64,000 nucleotides of DNA from Clostridia bacterium (GTDB taxonomy: Bacteria; Bacillota; Clostridia; Christensenellales; DTU072), in contig JAFTZC010000013.1 of NCBI GenBank assembly GCA_017461065.1, positions 3,808 to 67,807 on the forward strand. Reading direction: 5' to 3'. The position numbers were made by a program, and so were the translations under genes. The first letter of the stretch is position 1. Each line of letters opens with the position of its first letter. Of the stretch, positions 26,135-36,762 are shown piece after piece. Below the pieces are notes generated by a model, which searched no databases, was not told where the DNA came from, and was given only the letters and a program-made list of their open reading frames with translations.

Positions 26135-28783
26135 CTTGTCTTCGTAGTCCGGGTCAAACTCCGGATTATCAATCGACTCGAGAATGTTCTCAAGTATCGC
26201 GTCTTCACGCTCGGAAGAAGTCATATCGCGATACTTCTTGCGAAGTTGCCAGAAGTGGGGTTGCGTTGCATCCTTTGGTCTTTGGATAACCGATGCTTCT
26301 TCGATTTCGGGTGCGACGAGTATGGTCTTGGAGTCAATCATATTCTTCTTACCGCCAAAGGTGGTTGCTCTGATTGCCTTGTCGAGCAAAATGAGTAGTT
26401 GCGGAAGCAATATAATTACGAATAGGAATGATAGTATACCGCCACGCATAATAGCTGCGCCGATTACTTTGGTTGCAGGGAGCGTTGATACGAATTGTAC
26501 GGCGGCGCCTGCGCCTGCAAGGATACCTGCGGAAGTGATAAGGGTACGCGAGCTATCTGCGAGTGCTTGACGTACGGCGTCGTATTTACCCATAGTCTTA
26601 CGGTGTTCCATATATCTATCAGTAAGGAGTATGCCGTAGTCAATGGTCGCGCCAAGCAGAATGGAGCTAATGAGCATATAACCTATAAATACGATGGGTT
26701 GTGGCTCTCCTTGGATAAGACCGGTGATATAAGGCACTGCCATATTGACGTAAACGGAACCTTGTATAACGACGACGAGAATAACGGGGAGAAGTGCGCT
26801 CTTGAAGGTGAATAAGAGAATTAGCGCAACCAAGCCGAGCGAAACGTAGTTGATGATGTCGTAGTCAAGGTTAACTATTTCCTTGATAGCAAGGGTTGCT
26901 GACGAGATACCAAGCACGTAGCCTTGACCAAGGTCGGCGTTTTCAGCAAGATACTTATCTGCGATAGCTTGAATTTCCTTTACGAGAGTGGTGGTTGATT
27001 CGCCTTCTTCTTCGGCGTCAAGGAACATAACCAAGCGCGTATATTCGCTATCTTCGCCGTTTGCCATAAATTGGCTTAGGAACTTCTTGGGCATCATATC
27101 GAGAACGCCTTGTTCTTCAAGGAGTGATACGCTTTGTACTACGGCAACGCCGTCAACTTTTGCGACTTCCTTGGTGATTTCGAGCTCAACGCCTTGCTCG
27201 TAATATTCGATAGGAAGCAGCATAATGAGCTGATTTTGCTTTCCGAATACGATTTCCATATCTTCCCTATCGGCGGCGATTTCACTTGCCGTGCCGCCCA
27301 TACTTGCTTCGGGGCCGTATACGAAGAAGTTTTGACCTTGTAGGAAGATACAAGGAACTATAATTGCAATGATGATGAAGGGTACGTAGAAACGTGATTT
27401 AACCAAGCCCTTACTGAATTTTCTCCAGCTTAGGTTAAAGGTCTTGTGCTCGGTCTTGTCAAGGAGTTTCTCCATATAAAGGATAACTGCAGGCATCAAG
27501 AAGATAACGCATAGAATGGATAGTATGGTACCTTTCATTAGTACGAAGCCCATATCCATACCGAGCTTAAATTGCATAAACATAAGGGCTACGAAGGATG
27601 CAACGGTGGTAAGGGAAGCGGAGCTGACAGCTTTGAGTGCGCCGCTTAGAGCTTCGACCATAGCTTCGTTGGACTTGAGTCCCTTTTTCTTTTCTTCCTT
27701 GAAGCGGTGTAGTAGCGTTACGCAGTAGTCCATCGTTAGAGCAAGCTGAAGGACGGCACTAACGCTTTGGGTAATATAGGATACGCCGCCTGCGCCGGTG
27801 AGATAAGGGGTAATCCAGTTGGTACCCATATTCATAAGTACGCTTACGCCTATTGGGATAAGGATTGCGATAGGCTCAAGGTAAGAAGTGGTGGTTAAAA
27901 GTAGTATAACGATAATGATGATAGCGGCAACTATGGTAGAAATCATAGTTTCCTTGCTAACGAGCTGAATGCTATTATATGTGGTTGCTGCGTTACCTAC
28001 TATGGAAATATCCCCGTCGCCGTCCTTAATAACGTCGATAGCGTCCATAGTTTTGGTGTCGTAGTCGCTCTTGGTAAAGGCTACTTGGAACAAAGCGTAT
28101 TCGCCACGTTTAGCGTCGTTGTAGTAGAACATTTCCAAGCTGGGCTTAAACTCTTCGAGCATACCGAGATCGAAGCCACCGCCTTGACCTGCAAAGGGAC
28201 TATCGGGGCTTGCTACGGCGCTTTGCATACCGAGCATAAAGTTAAGGAATAGTCCTTGGTCTGCCTTGCTAAGACCTGCGTTTAGCTTGGTTAGTACGCC
28301 GCTTAGCTTATCAAGGTCAAGAGCACCGCCACCAAGAACTGCAGCTATTGCTTGCATTTCGTCGTCACTTAGCGTGTCGATTTTTTCGACCATATGCATT
28401 ATGAAGTAAACGGCCTTACCACGAGTAACGCCCTTGGTGTTTTCTTGAGCTTCCCTTATAACCCAAATTTCGTCGGATAGGAAGATGTCGTCAATCCATA
28501 TTACTGCGGCAACGCCGTCGGTAGACTCCATCCAAGCCTTGAACTCAACTGCCTTTTCAATCGTAGTGTTCGAAAGCATAACGGTAGCGTTACCGCCTTC
28601 ACCGAACTCGCCGTACATAGCGTCAAGACCTTGGGCTACGTTCGAGCTATCGGGAAGATAGGCGCTATCGTTATAGTTAACTTCAACGAACATCATACCT
28701 ACGATGGAAGCAATAAGTAGGACGGCAAAAATAATTACTATCCACAATCTATTATTTACGACAAAGCGCGAAAATTTCTTCAT
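26132..28783 (-). CDS. MMPL/RND-superfamily membrane transporter
   Basis: The 883-aa protein has two blocks of about six TM helices, each preceded by a large extracytoplasmic domain. It lies downstream of a TetR regulator. Confidence 0.75.
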   Translation of the reverse strand: MKKFSRFVVNNRLWIVIIFAVLLIASIVGMMFVEVNYNDSAYLPDSSNVAQGLDAMYGEFGEGGNATVMLSNTTIEKAVEFKAWMESTDGVAAVIWIDDIFLSDEIWVIREAQENTKGVTRGKAVYFIMHMVEKIDTLSDDEMQAIAAVLGGGALDLDKLSGVLTKLNAGLSKADQGLFLNFMLGMQSAVASPDSPFAGQGGGFDLGMLEEFKPSLEMFYYNDAKRGEYALFQVAFTKSDYDTKTMDAIDVIKDGDGDISIVGNAATTYNSIQLVSKETMISTIVAAIIIIVILLLTTTSYLEPIAILIPIGVSVLMNMGTNWITPYLTGAGGVSYITQSVSAVLQLALTMDYCVTLLHRFKEEKKKGLKSNEAMVEALSGALKAVSSASLTTVASFVALMFMQFKLGMDMGFVLMKGTILSILCVIFLMPAVILYMEKLLDKTEHKTFNLSWRKFSKGLVKSRFYVPFIIIAIIVPCIFLQGQNFFVYGPEASMGGTASEIAADREDMEIVFGKQNQLIMLLPIEYYEQGVELEITKEVAKVDGVAVVQSVSLLEEQGVLDMMPKKFLSQFMANGEDSEYTRLVMFLDAEEEGESTTTLVKEIQAIADKYLAENADLGQGYVLGISSATLAIKEIVNLDYDIINYVSLGLVALILLFTFKSALLPVILVVVIQGSVYVNMAVPYITGLIQGEPQPIVFIGYMLISSILLGATIDYGILLTDRYMEHRKTMGKYDAVRQALADSSRTLITSAGILAGAGAAVQFVSTLPATKVIGAAIMRGGILSFLFVIILLPQLLILLDKAIRATTFGGKKNMIDSKTILVAPEIEEASVIQRPKDATQPHFWQLRKKYRDMTSSEREDAILENILESIDNPEFDPDYEDK

Positions 28784-28800
28784 TATTCCCTACCTTATTA

Positions 28801-29391
28801 CTAATACAATCTATCTTCGAGATGGTTGAAATAAAAAACCAAAAGCTTTACTATTTCATCGTGCTGTTGTTCTATGGGGCACTCGGTCAAAATCCTAAAA
28901 GCGCCACGGGTAACGTTGTCGGCGACTATGTCAAACAAGAATTCGTTGCTGTCGTTGCAAAGGTTACCAAGCCTATCTTTGAGTAGCTCGCGTATGCGAC
29001 CTATCACTTCGTTTATAAACCCGTCGTAAGCGGAGCCACCGCTTTTTTGGGTAAGGAGAATGATTTCCTTGTGGTAATTTTTAGATAAATCTAAAAATCC
29101 GTCACTCGCCTTATTTACGATAATTTTGGTTGAGTTTCCACCCAAGTTATCGGCTTCGATGGATATACCCTTTCCGTTTTCGATACATTCAATTATTCTT
29201 TCTTTTGCTGTGCCTACGATAGCATCGTAAAGTGATGCCTTTGAGGCAAAATAGCGGTATAAATTCCCTATCGGGACATGAGCCCTATTGCTGATTTGGA
29301 GCATGCTTGCACGAAAATATCCCACGCGCAAAAACTCTGTTTTTGCAGCATCGACTATTCTGTTTCTGACGTCTTCTTTTTGATATTGCAT
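28801..29391 (-). CDS. TetR/AcrR family transcriptional regulator
   Basis: The N-terminal HTH is RNRIVDAAKTEFLRVGYFRASMLQISNRAHVPIGNLYRYFASKASLYDAI. Confidence 0.85.
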   Translation of the reverse strand: MQYQKEDVRNRIVDAAKTEFLRVGYFRASMLQISNRAHVPIGNLYRYFASKASLYDAIVGTAKERIIECIENGKGISIEADNLGGNSTKIIVNKASDGFLDLSKNYHKEIILLTQKSGGSAYDGFINEVIGRIRELLKDRLGNLCNDSNEFLFDIVADNVTRGAFRILTECPIEQQHDEIVKLLVFYFNHLEDRLY

Positions 29392-29510
29392 ACTTCCCCC
29401 AAATGCAAAAAAGAGATGGGCTATTCTCTTTTGAAATTATTATAATGTATGCGCGCACGTAAAGTCAATGAAATAAGGGGGATAATTTTATTAAAATTAG
29501 GTTAAAATTT

Positions 29511-29818
29511 GGCGAAGGTTTGGCTTCGCCAAATGCGAAGTTAGCATTCTCCTTCGCCGATAAATACTTCGCTTACGCTCAGCGATAAATACCGTATGGG
29601 CGATAAATACCTTTGCGCTAACGCTCCAAGGCAATAAATACAAAAAACAAGTTTTTTGCGTTGTGGTATTAGAAAGTTAAAGTATATTGCAATACTTAGT
29701 ATATACTCCTACCTTAACGCAAGTGCTTGCACTTGTATTTCGCGCCGAACGGAGTGAGGTATTTCTTGCTCTCGCAAGGCGAGAGTATTTCACGCAAAAG
29801 CCTTAGCTTTTGTATTTC
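29511..29818. repeat. word-hairpin array 6: GATAAATAC x4, then GTATTTC x4
   Basis: Forward words are at 29559, 29584, 29602 and 29633. Reverse words are at 29735, 29759, 29785 and 29812. Interleaved hairpins include CTCTCGC-AAG-GCGAGAG, CAAAAGC-CTTA-GCTTTTG and CAAGTGC-TT-GCACTTG. Confidence 0.7.
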
Positions 29819-29842
29819 TCAAATGCGATTGCATTAGCAATT

Positions 29843-31663
29843 TTATTTGCTTTTCTTAAACCAAAACCTAAATTTAGGCTTCCCATTCTCTGGTAAATAT
29901 TTCCCATAAATCGGTTTTTCTTGGAAGCCTACGGAATTGGTATAAGCCCTTTCTTGCTCAAAAATCACTATCTCGTTTTGCTCTTTTAGGAGTGGAGCAG
30001 GGATATAGAAAGTGCGCTGTGGACCTTCGTTCCAATACCTACCGAGATTAAATCCGTTGATGAATACACATCCCTTGGTAAAGCCTTGCATATCAATGAA
30101 GGTGTCGCGAATTGCCCCCTTGATTTCAAAGCTACCCCTATAGAATTTGGGATAGGCTGCTTTTATTTGGCTCTCATTTTTGGCGAGCTTATCTATTTCG
30201 TCAAGGGGTATGGTGCGTACTTCCCACCCGTAAATATATTGGTCACCAATACGTACCCCCGTCAAGCCCTTCCTATCGTAAATCTTAGCTCCGTAGTTTA
30301 CTCTGCCCATTGCTTCAACAAGCACTTCTATCTTGATAGTGCCGTCAAAGCCCTTGACATCTACCGAGTACTCGTCCTTGCCGCCTTTGTAGTAATCGAC
30401 GTCAAGCCTATTAAACCTACCCTTGTATTCGCCGTCCACCCACACGTAGGCAACGTCGTGAACGTTTTCAAAGGTCAGTTTACTATCTCCGTAACTACCG
30501 CTAAATTCGGTGGTGTATAGGATATAGCCTTGGTTTTGTCCGTAGTGCTCCATTGGGTAAGGGATATTGCTGTGGTGCAAGGTGCTTACGCTCTCTAACG
30601 CTTGCTTAAAGCCTATTTCTTCCGTTAGTTCCACTTTGGGGTAGGCGCAAGTGAGTGGTCTATCGGGCAATGCCATCGGCTCCACTCCCCTTGCCTTAAA
30701 GATTATCTCCCTGCACTTACGGTACTTGTCGGTATAGTCGCCCCACTCGGTGAGCGGTGCGCCGTAGTCGTAGGAAGCTATATCGGGTAGATAGTGTCTA
30801 TAGCAATTTGCCCCTGCTGTAAAGCCGAAGTTGGTACCGCCGTGGAACATATAAAAGTTAAAGCCTGCGTCTAAGTCTATGAATTCTTTAAGATATCCTG
30901 CTACTTGGCTTGCCGACGAGCCCGAGTTATAGTTACCGCAGTAAGTCGTAAACCAGCCGCACCAAAACTCTCCGCAAACCAAAGGCTTATCGGGTTGCAT
31001 TTCTTTTAGGTCGCTGAATTTACGCTTAGGGTTGGAGCCGAAGTTCGCTACCATAAGCTCGTCTTCTACCCTACCGCCGCTGAGATTTGATTTATGCTCT
31101 CCGTCCGACGTAAACAGCATACACTTAACGCCTGCATTGCGGTAGATAGCTTTCAGCGCGGATAGGTATTTTTTATCCCTACCATAACTGCCGTACTCGT
31201 TTTCCACTTGCATTGCAATTATATTGCCGCCGTTTGAGTAATCAAGGTCGGCTATTTGCTCAAAGAGCTTGCGTAGATAACGCTCTACGTAGTACATATA
31301 TCTATCTTCGTAGCAGCGCAGTCTAACGTCTTCGTACTTTAGTAGCCAAGCCGGGAAACCGCCGAAATCCCACTCCGCGCAAATATAGGGTCCCGGCCTA
31401 ACGATGACGTACAAGCCAAGCTCCTTTGCCGTTAGGATAAATTTTCTAATATCCGCAATACCGTCAAACGTGAACTCACCTTCCTTGGGCTCGTGGATAT
31501 TCCACGCAACGTAGGTTTCAACCGTCGTAAGCCCCATAGCCTTGAGCTTCAAAAGGCGGTCGTGCCAATATTCGGGTAAAACGCGAAAATAGTGTATCGC
31601 TCCCGAGTAGAGCTTGAATTCGTTGCCGTCGAGATAAAATTTTCCGTTTTGAGTAGTAAGCAT
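29843..31663 (-). CDS. glycoside hydrolase family 35 beta-galactosidase
   Basis: Motifs present are SGAIHYFR, ETYVAWNIHEP, RPGPYICAEWDFGGFP and QVENEYGSYG. Confidence 0.85.
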   Translation of the reverse strand: MLTTQNGKFYLDGNEFKLYSGAIHYFRVLPEYWHDRLLKLKAMGLTTVETYVAWNIHEPKEGEFTFDGIADIRKFILTAKELGLYVIVRPGPYICAEWDFGGFPAWLLKYEDVRLRCYEDRYMYYVERYLRKLFEQIADLDYSNGGNIIAMQVENEYGSYGRDKKYLSALKAIYRNAGVKCMLFTSDGEHKSNLSGGRVEDELMVANFGSNPKRKFSDLKEMQPDKPLVCGEFWCGWFTTYCGNYNSGSSASQVAGYLKEFIDLDAGFNFYMFHGGTNFGFTAGANCYRHYLPDIASYDYGAPLTEWGDYTDKYRKCREIIFKARGVEPMALPDRPLTCAYPKVELTEEIGFKQALESVSTLHHSNIPYPMEHYGQNQGYILYTTEFSGSYGDSKLTFENVHDVAYVWVDGEYKGRFNRLDVDYYKGGKDEYSVDVKGFDGTIKIEVLVEAMGRVNYGAKIYDRKGLTGVRIGDQYIYGWEVRTIPLDEIDKLAKNESQIKAAYPKFYRGSFEIKGAIRDTFIDMQGFTKGCVFINGFNLGRYWNEGPQRTFYIPAPLLKEQNEIVIFEQERAYTNSVGFQEKPIYGKYLPENGKPKFRFWFKKSK

Positions 31664-31768
31664 AATTCCTCCGCTAACCTATTGTAACATAAATTTATTG
31701 TTTACACAATACGACTTTCGTGTTATAATAGTTCGGAACGCAAATTTATCCTATCAAAGGAGATATTT

Positions 31769-33133
31769 ATGAAGAATTATGACGTTGTAATCGTTGGCGG
31801 TGGTATCGGTGGCTTGATGGCTGCTTACCGCCTAACAAAGGAAAGCCCCCTTAAATCAGTATGCGTAATCGACCGCGGCAGAGCTCTCGATAAGCGCAAG
31901 TGTCCCGTTGCAACCCACAAAACCGAGTCTTGTATCAAGTGCAAGCAATGTGCAATTATGGAAGGTATTGGCGGTGCCGGCGCCTTTAGTGACGGCAAGT
32001 TCAACATCACCACCGAGTACGGCGGCTGGCTACAAGACTACATTGGCGAAAAGCAAACTCTCGACTATATCCAACAGGTATCGGATATCCTTGACGAGTT
32101 TGGCGCAACGGAGAAAACCTACTCCCCTTCCGACGAAATCAAGCTTGAGTGCCTAAAGCACGACCTATACCTACTCCAAGCAACCGTAAAGCACCTTGGC
32201 ACCGACGGCAACTTCCGCGTTATGAGCGCACTTATGGAGTATCTCAACAAGCACGTAACCGTCATTACCGAGACGGCGGTAACCGACGTAAATATTGGCT
32301 CAAACTACGTTGTAACCGACGCAGGCGAGCAAATCGGATACGCCGACCTAATTATCGCAATCGGCCGTTCGGGTTCCGAGTGGTTTGGCAAATGGTGTCG
32401 CAAAAACGGCATTGAAGTAATCAACAACCAAGTTGACCTTGGCGTTAGAGTAGAGCTTCCACGTATCATTTGGGAAGGCATCTCCGAAAAAATCTACGAG
32501 CCTAAAATCTTTTACCGCACCAAGGACCACGGCGACTGCACGCGTACTTTCTGCTTCAACTCAGGTGGCGAAGTAGTAATCGAAAACAACGACGGCATCT
32601 TGACCGTAAACGGCCACGCCAACGCCGACCCAAAGCTCAAGACCCAAAACTCCAACTTCTCCATTTTGTCCACTACGCGCTTTACCCAACCCTTCAACGA
32701 GCCAATCGCGTACGCCAAGCACATTTGTAAGCTTGCCAATATGATTGCAGGTGGCGGCGTTATCGTCCAACGCTTCGGCGACCTTGTAAACAACCGCCGT
32801 ACCAACGACCATCGTCTCAAGCAATCCAGAGTACGCCCCTCTCTCAACGCCGTTGCAGGCGATCTATCCCTTTGTATTCCAAAGCGCCAACTCGACAACA
32901 TTATCGAGACCATATACGCTCTTGACAAGATTGCACCGGGTACTGCAAACTACGACACTCTCCTATACGGCGTAGAAGCAAAGTTCTATTCCATAAAGCC
33001 CAAGTTCCAAGACAACGACTTTAGGATTAGGGATAACATTTATACCATTGGTGACGGTGCAGGCATCACTCGCGGCTTGGCACAGGCGGGGGCGAATGGG
33101 TTATACGTCGCCGACCTTATAAAACGCAAATAA
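31769..33133 (+). CDS. FAD-dependent oxidoreductase (COG2509-like)
   Basis: It has the dinucleotide-binding motif YDVVIVGGGIGGLMAA and a C-terminal GDGAGITRG. Confidence 0.7.
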   Translation: MKNYDVVIVGGGIGGLMAAYRLTKESPLKSVCVIDRGRALDKRKCPVATHKTESCIKCKQCAIMEGIGGAGAFSDGKFNITTEYGGWLQDYIGEKQTLDYIQQVSDILDEFGATEKTYSPSDEIKLECLKHDLYLLQATVKHLGTDGNFRVMSALMEYLNKHVTVITETAVTDVNIGSNYVVTDAGEQIGYADLIIAIGRSGSEWFGKWCRKNGIEVINNQVDLGVRVELPRIIWEGISEKIYEPKIFYRTKDHGDCTRTFCFNSGGEVVIENNDGILTVNGHANADPKLKTQNSNFSILSTTRFTQPFNEPIAYAKHICKLANMIAGGGVIVQRFGDLVNNRRTNDHRLKQSRVRPSLNAVAGDLSLCIPKRQLDNIIETIYALDKIAPGTANYDTLLYGVEAKFYSIKPKFQDNDFRIRDNIYTIGDGAGITRGLAQAGANGLYVADLIKRK

Positions 33134-33155
33134 ATAGCGATATACTTTGTTAAAA

Positions 33156-33213
33156 ACAATCCCCCTGCAGGGCGCAGTACGAAAGTACAGCAACCCTTAG
33201 GGGGATTATTTTT
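33156..33213. repeat. bidirectional terminator carrying the same conserved core in inverted orientation
   Basis: AATCCCCCTGCAGG-GCGCAGTACGAAAGTACAGCAAC-CCTTAGGGGGATT lies between an A-run and a T-run. The core is the reverse complement of the one in copies A, B, E and F. Confidence 0.7.
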
Positions 33214-33363
33214 GTCGCGTCTATCATCTATTTATTTACGTTTTATGAGTATAGTTATTTTATTGATTTAATAATTTAACTTTTATCCTTGTGAGTGAAG
33301 CGAAGCGTAATGAAGTCACTCCTCATTCTTCATTCATCATTCCTCATTATGCGTAAGGCCAGC

Positions 33364-34287
33364 TTACGCATAAACTATCTTATACGTCTTAATCTTTCTG
33401 CCGTTGTCGGTGGGGTACCACTTGGTTCCAAAGGTGCCGTCGTCTTGTAGTGCTTCTACTTGAGCTTCGGTTTTGCCGTAGATGGTTATGGTTTCAATAG
33501 CACGGCAGTTGTAGAATGCAAACTCACCGATACTTTCAACTGAAGCAGGGATATTGATGGAAGTAAAGCCTTTGATATCGCCCTCAGTGGTACGGGTGCA
33601 GTAGCTAAACGCGTCCTTGCCAATGGTCTTTAGACCTTCGGGAAGTACGGGAGTAGCAAGCTCGGAGCACTTGAAGAACGCCATTTCACCAATATTTTCA
33701 AGGGTACTTGGTAGCGTAACTTCTCTTAGATAGTAGCAGTGGTAGAATGCCTTACCCCTAATGCTCTTTACACCTTCGGGGATAACGTAGGTTGCGTAGC
33801 TTTCGACGTTCATTTTGTTATCGATATCAGCGCCCTTTCTGATTGGATAGTAGATAAGCTCGGTCATATCCTTGTTGAATAGTACGCCGTCTACTGCCGT
33901 AAAGTATGGGTTTTCGGGGTCGACCACGAAGCCCTTGCCGTTTTTGCCGTACTCGTCGGCACCAAGACCTACGAGATTAGTGAACGCCCAAGTATCAATT
34001 TCCTTTACGTTTTTGCCGATATATATGGTATAAAGGTTTTCAGCGTTAACCACGCCTTGAGCACCAACTTTAGTTACGGGCTTGCCGTCGATTTCGTCTG
34101 GGATGGTGATTTCGTGAATGAGCGTACTATCGGTGTAGCCAACGATAGTGATTTCGCCGTTTTCTTCTACTTTATATTCAACGTTGTTATCCAAGCTCTT
34201 GTTGCAAGCGGTAAGCATTACGACCGATACCGCAAGGATAGATAGTACGCCGATTATAGCAACGATTTTTTTAGACCTATTTTTCAT
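33364..34287 (-). CDS. BspA-type leucine-rich-repeat surface lipoprotein
   Basis: It has a lipobox (MLTACN) and repeats of the form IPEGVKSIRGKAFYHCYYLREVTLPSTLENIGEMAFFKCSEL. Confidence 0.75.
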   Translation of the reverse strand: MKNRSKKIVAIIGVLSILAVSVVMLTACNKSLDNNVEYKVEENGEITIVGYTDSTLIHEITIPDEIDGKPVTKVGAQGVVNAENLYTIYIGKNVKEIDTWAFTNLVGLGADEYGKNGKGFVVDPENPYFTAVDGVLFNKDMTELIYYPIRKGADIDNKMNVESYATYVIPEGVKSIRGKAFYHCYYLREVTLPSTLENIGEMAFFKCSELATPVLPEGLKTIGKDAFSYCTRTTEGDIKGFTSINIPASVESIGEFAFYNCRAIETITIYGKTEAQVEALQDDGTFGTKWYPTDNGRKIKTYKIVYA

Positions 34288-36046
34288 TTTCGCATACCTC
34301 CTCTTGAGCGCATTCGGTGGTAGCGCCGTCGTCGGCGCCTGCGACCGCTAAGGCGAGCTCGCCTCCGCCCTCTAACGCCTGTCTTTCGGCCTCGACACGC
34401 TCGCGGATTTCTCTTACGCACCTTGCGTGTTGCTCACGCGTTAGGTTGTAGAATAGGTATGGTATAGTCGAGCCGGTTAGAGCAATGACTGCAACTATAA
34501 CGTAGATGGTGGTTACGTCTTGGAATATACCCGAGTCGAACATTACGTCCCAGTCGGAAGTGAATCCAACGCGCTCAAATAGCATTGGGATAATTAGTCC
34601 TATTACCGTAGTTGCAGGGGTGGTAAACCAACTGAACATCGTTACCATATTGTCGGCTCTTTCGCCCGTCTTCCATTGGTGATAGTCCAAAATATCTGCG
34701 TTTAGGCTTCTTGAAATACCGTTTGAGCAAGCCGTAAGCGCGCTTCTTATGAAAACGAATAGGATGAGTAACGCCACGCTATCGAGCTTGATTGCAACGA
34801 GATAGCAAGCGGTCACGGCTATCCAAGTAATTCTAACGATAAGGAGAATGTTTCTCTTTTCAAATCTCTTGATAAGGGTAGGCGTTGCAAGGTTACCGAT
34901 AACCGACGTAATACCAACGATACCTACTACACCGCTTATCCATTCAAGACGCAGGTTGTAGATTAGGAAGTAGTTCATAACGCCGTCGGCGTAGCCGTTC
35001 CAACCTTCGAAAATCGCGCAGATATTGATAATCCAGAAGAACTTATTCTTGAGCAGCTTCTTGGCGGCAGTACCAAATTTGACTTTGGGTTTAGTCTCGT
35101 AGTTTTCGGCAACTCTCTCTTGAACTTGCACAAGAATAAAGCCTACCGCACAGCTGATAGCAGAAAGTATTGGAATAAAGATTTGATAGGAACGGATATC
35201 AAGATAACCACCCGTCAGCACTATCATCATCGGGAAGATAATTCTAAAGATAGAGCGTAGCAATCCGATTGCAATGCCGCCGATTGAGTATAGCTTTTGT
35301 CTTTCGACGGAGTTGGGTGTAACGACTGCAACGATTGCTAATGCGTTGTCGCTATAAAGTGCGGTAAATCTTGAGCGCAAAGTAAACAATGCGTGTAAAA
35401 GAACGAGCTTGGTCGTATATTCCAAACTTGCCGGTACAAACGGGATAAGGCTGGTGAGCACGGCGATTGGAATGCCGTATAAAAGCATAAACGGCTTATA
35501 TCTACCATACTTTCTGCAAAGTTTAGAGCGAATAAACCAGTTTACGAAGTTACCAACGCCGCTAATTACCAAGATATTGCCGACGATTTGCGGAAGACCC
35601 TTGATAATTTTGACGTCCATACCCCACGTAGTCGGCGGTATACAATAGCACGCTATACCTACAACGATGGTCGTCGAGTAGGCTATGATGCACTTTTTAG
35701 CCGTCTTTTTATCAACTTTACCCAGGTTTTCAAACACCGTCATCGTTAGCGGCTCCATATAGATGGTTGCATATCTAACAACGAGCGCGATAATTGAAAT
35801 AATCGAAAAGTCTATTAGGGATATTCCCATAATTGACCCACAGAAATAACCTGCGGTAAACGCGATGGTTTCGCCCGCAAGGAAGGTAAAGGCACTTATG
35901 CCCATATTACCAAAGCAGTAGGATAAAAACTCTTTGATGCTTAGGTATTCGCCTTCAAGGGGTTGGCTCCAATGGGCTTTGACGAATCCGTATCCGTTTA
36001 CGGCAAGCCCTTTTACCTTATCTTTGGCTTTTGAAAAAAACGACAT
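34277..36046 (-). CDS. GPH/MFS-type (glycoside-pentoside-hexuronide-like) transporter
   Basis: It has about 12 or more TM segments and RKYGRYKPFMLLYGIPIAV, resembling the GPH loop motif. I placed the start at MSFFSKAK (ATG 36046). The gene overlaps the downstream LRR gene by 11 nt. Confidence 0.65.
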   Translation of the reverse strand: MSFFSKAKDKVKGLAVNGYGFVKAHWSQPLEGEYLSIKEFLSYCFGNMGISAFTFLAGETIAFTAGYFCGSIMGISLIDFSIISIIALVVRYATIYMEPLTMTVFENLGKVDKKTAKKCIIAYSTTIVVGIACYCIPPTTWGMDVKIIKGLPQIVGNILVISGVGNFVNWFIRSKLCRKYGRYKPFMLLYGIPIAVLTSLIPFVPASLEYTTKLVLLHALFTLRSRFTALYSDNALAIVAVVTPNSVERQKLYSIGGIAIGLLRSIFRIIFPMMIVLTGGYLDIRSYQIFIPILSAISCAVGFILVQVQERVAENYETKPKVKFGTAAKKLLKNKFFWIINICAIFEGWNGYADGVMNYFLIYNLRLEWISGVVGIVGITSVIGNLATPTLIKRFEKRNILLIVRITWIAVTACYLVAIKLDSVALLILFVFIRSALTACSNGISRSLNADILDYHQWKTGERADNMVTMFSWFTTPATTVIGLIIPMLFERVGFTSDWDVMFDSGIFQDVTTIYVIVAVIALTGSTIPYLFYNLTREQHARCVREIRERVEAERQALEGGGELALAVAGADDGATTECAQEEVCENEK

Positions 36047-36141
36047 CTTCTCCTCCAAAAACTTTTTGCTATTATATATGATACCACACGCGCACGCAAA
36101 ATTCAATAACAAACCTTGTTTGAAAGCGAAATGTGCTAAAA

Positions 36142-36216
36142 GAATAAGTGATTGCTATCGCAACGATAAGTGATGCTCGTCGTTTAGATAATGCGAAATT
36201 GCAAACATCACTTATC
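36142..36216. repeat. word-hairpin array 5: GATAAGTG words plus an inverted CACTTATC
   Basis: GAATAAGTGA is at 36142. A TTGC-TATC-GCAA hairpin follows. GATAAGTGATG (36165-75) has a perfect 11-nt complement CATCACTTATC at 36206-16. Confidence 0.65.
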
Positions 36217-36306
36217 TACTTAATAAACTTTTCATAAAAAAAGGTATCTCCATTTATTATCGGGGATACCTATAGTACTATATTTGTGAAATTCTTGTAG
36301 CTTGAA

Positions 36307-36762
36307 CTATTTATTCATAAGATATTTATAAAGAGCGTTTGTTCCCTTTACGCAGTCACTATACGTTGCCTCAAAATCTCCCGTATACCAGGGGTCGGCT
36401 ACGTCGCGGCTTAGCCCTGCATACTCAAGCAGCAGCTTTACTTTGTGCTCGGGGTCACCGCTAAATCTCCACTCAAGGTCTTGTACGTTATACCTATCCA
36501 TTGCTACGATGTAGTCGAAGTACTCGTAGTCACTTTCTTTTATAAGCCTTGCCGTCTTGCCCTCGGTCGATATGCCAACCTCTTGAAGTTTTGCTCTCGT
36601 ACCGCGGTGGGGTCTGCAGCCTATCGCGTCGGTATGACAAGCAGCCGACTCAATCTCGAATATATGCTCCACACCCTTTCTCTTAACCAAGTCTTTCATT
36701 AAAAACTCAGCCATAGGCGAGCGGCAAATATTTCCGTGACAAACAAATAGTATCTTGTGCAT
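36307..36762 (-). CDS. low-molecular-weight protein-tyrosine phosphatase
   Basis: It has the C-x5-R(S) P-loop (LFVCHGNICRSPMAE) and a DP motif (DVADPWY). The start at MHKILF overlaps the upstream stop as TAATG. Confidence 0.85.
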   Translation of the reverse strand: MHKILFVCHGNICRSPMAEFLMKDLVKRKGVEHIFEIESAACHTDAIGCRPHRGTRAKLQEVGISTEGKTARLIKESDYEYFDYIVAMDRYNVQDLEWRFSGDPEHKVKLLLEYAGLSRDVADPWYTGDFEATYSDCVKGTNALYKYLMNK

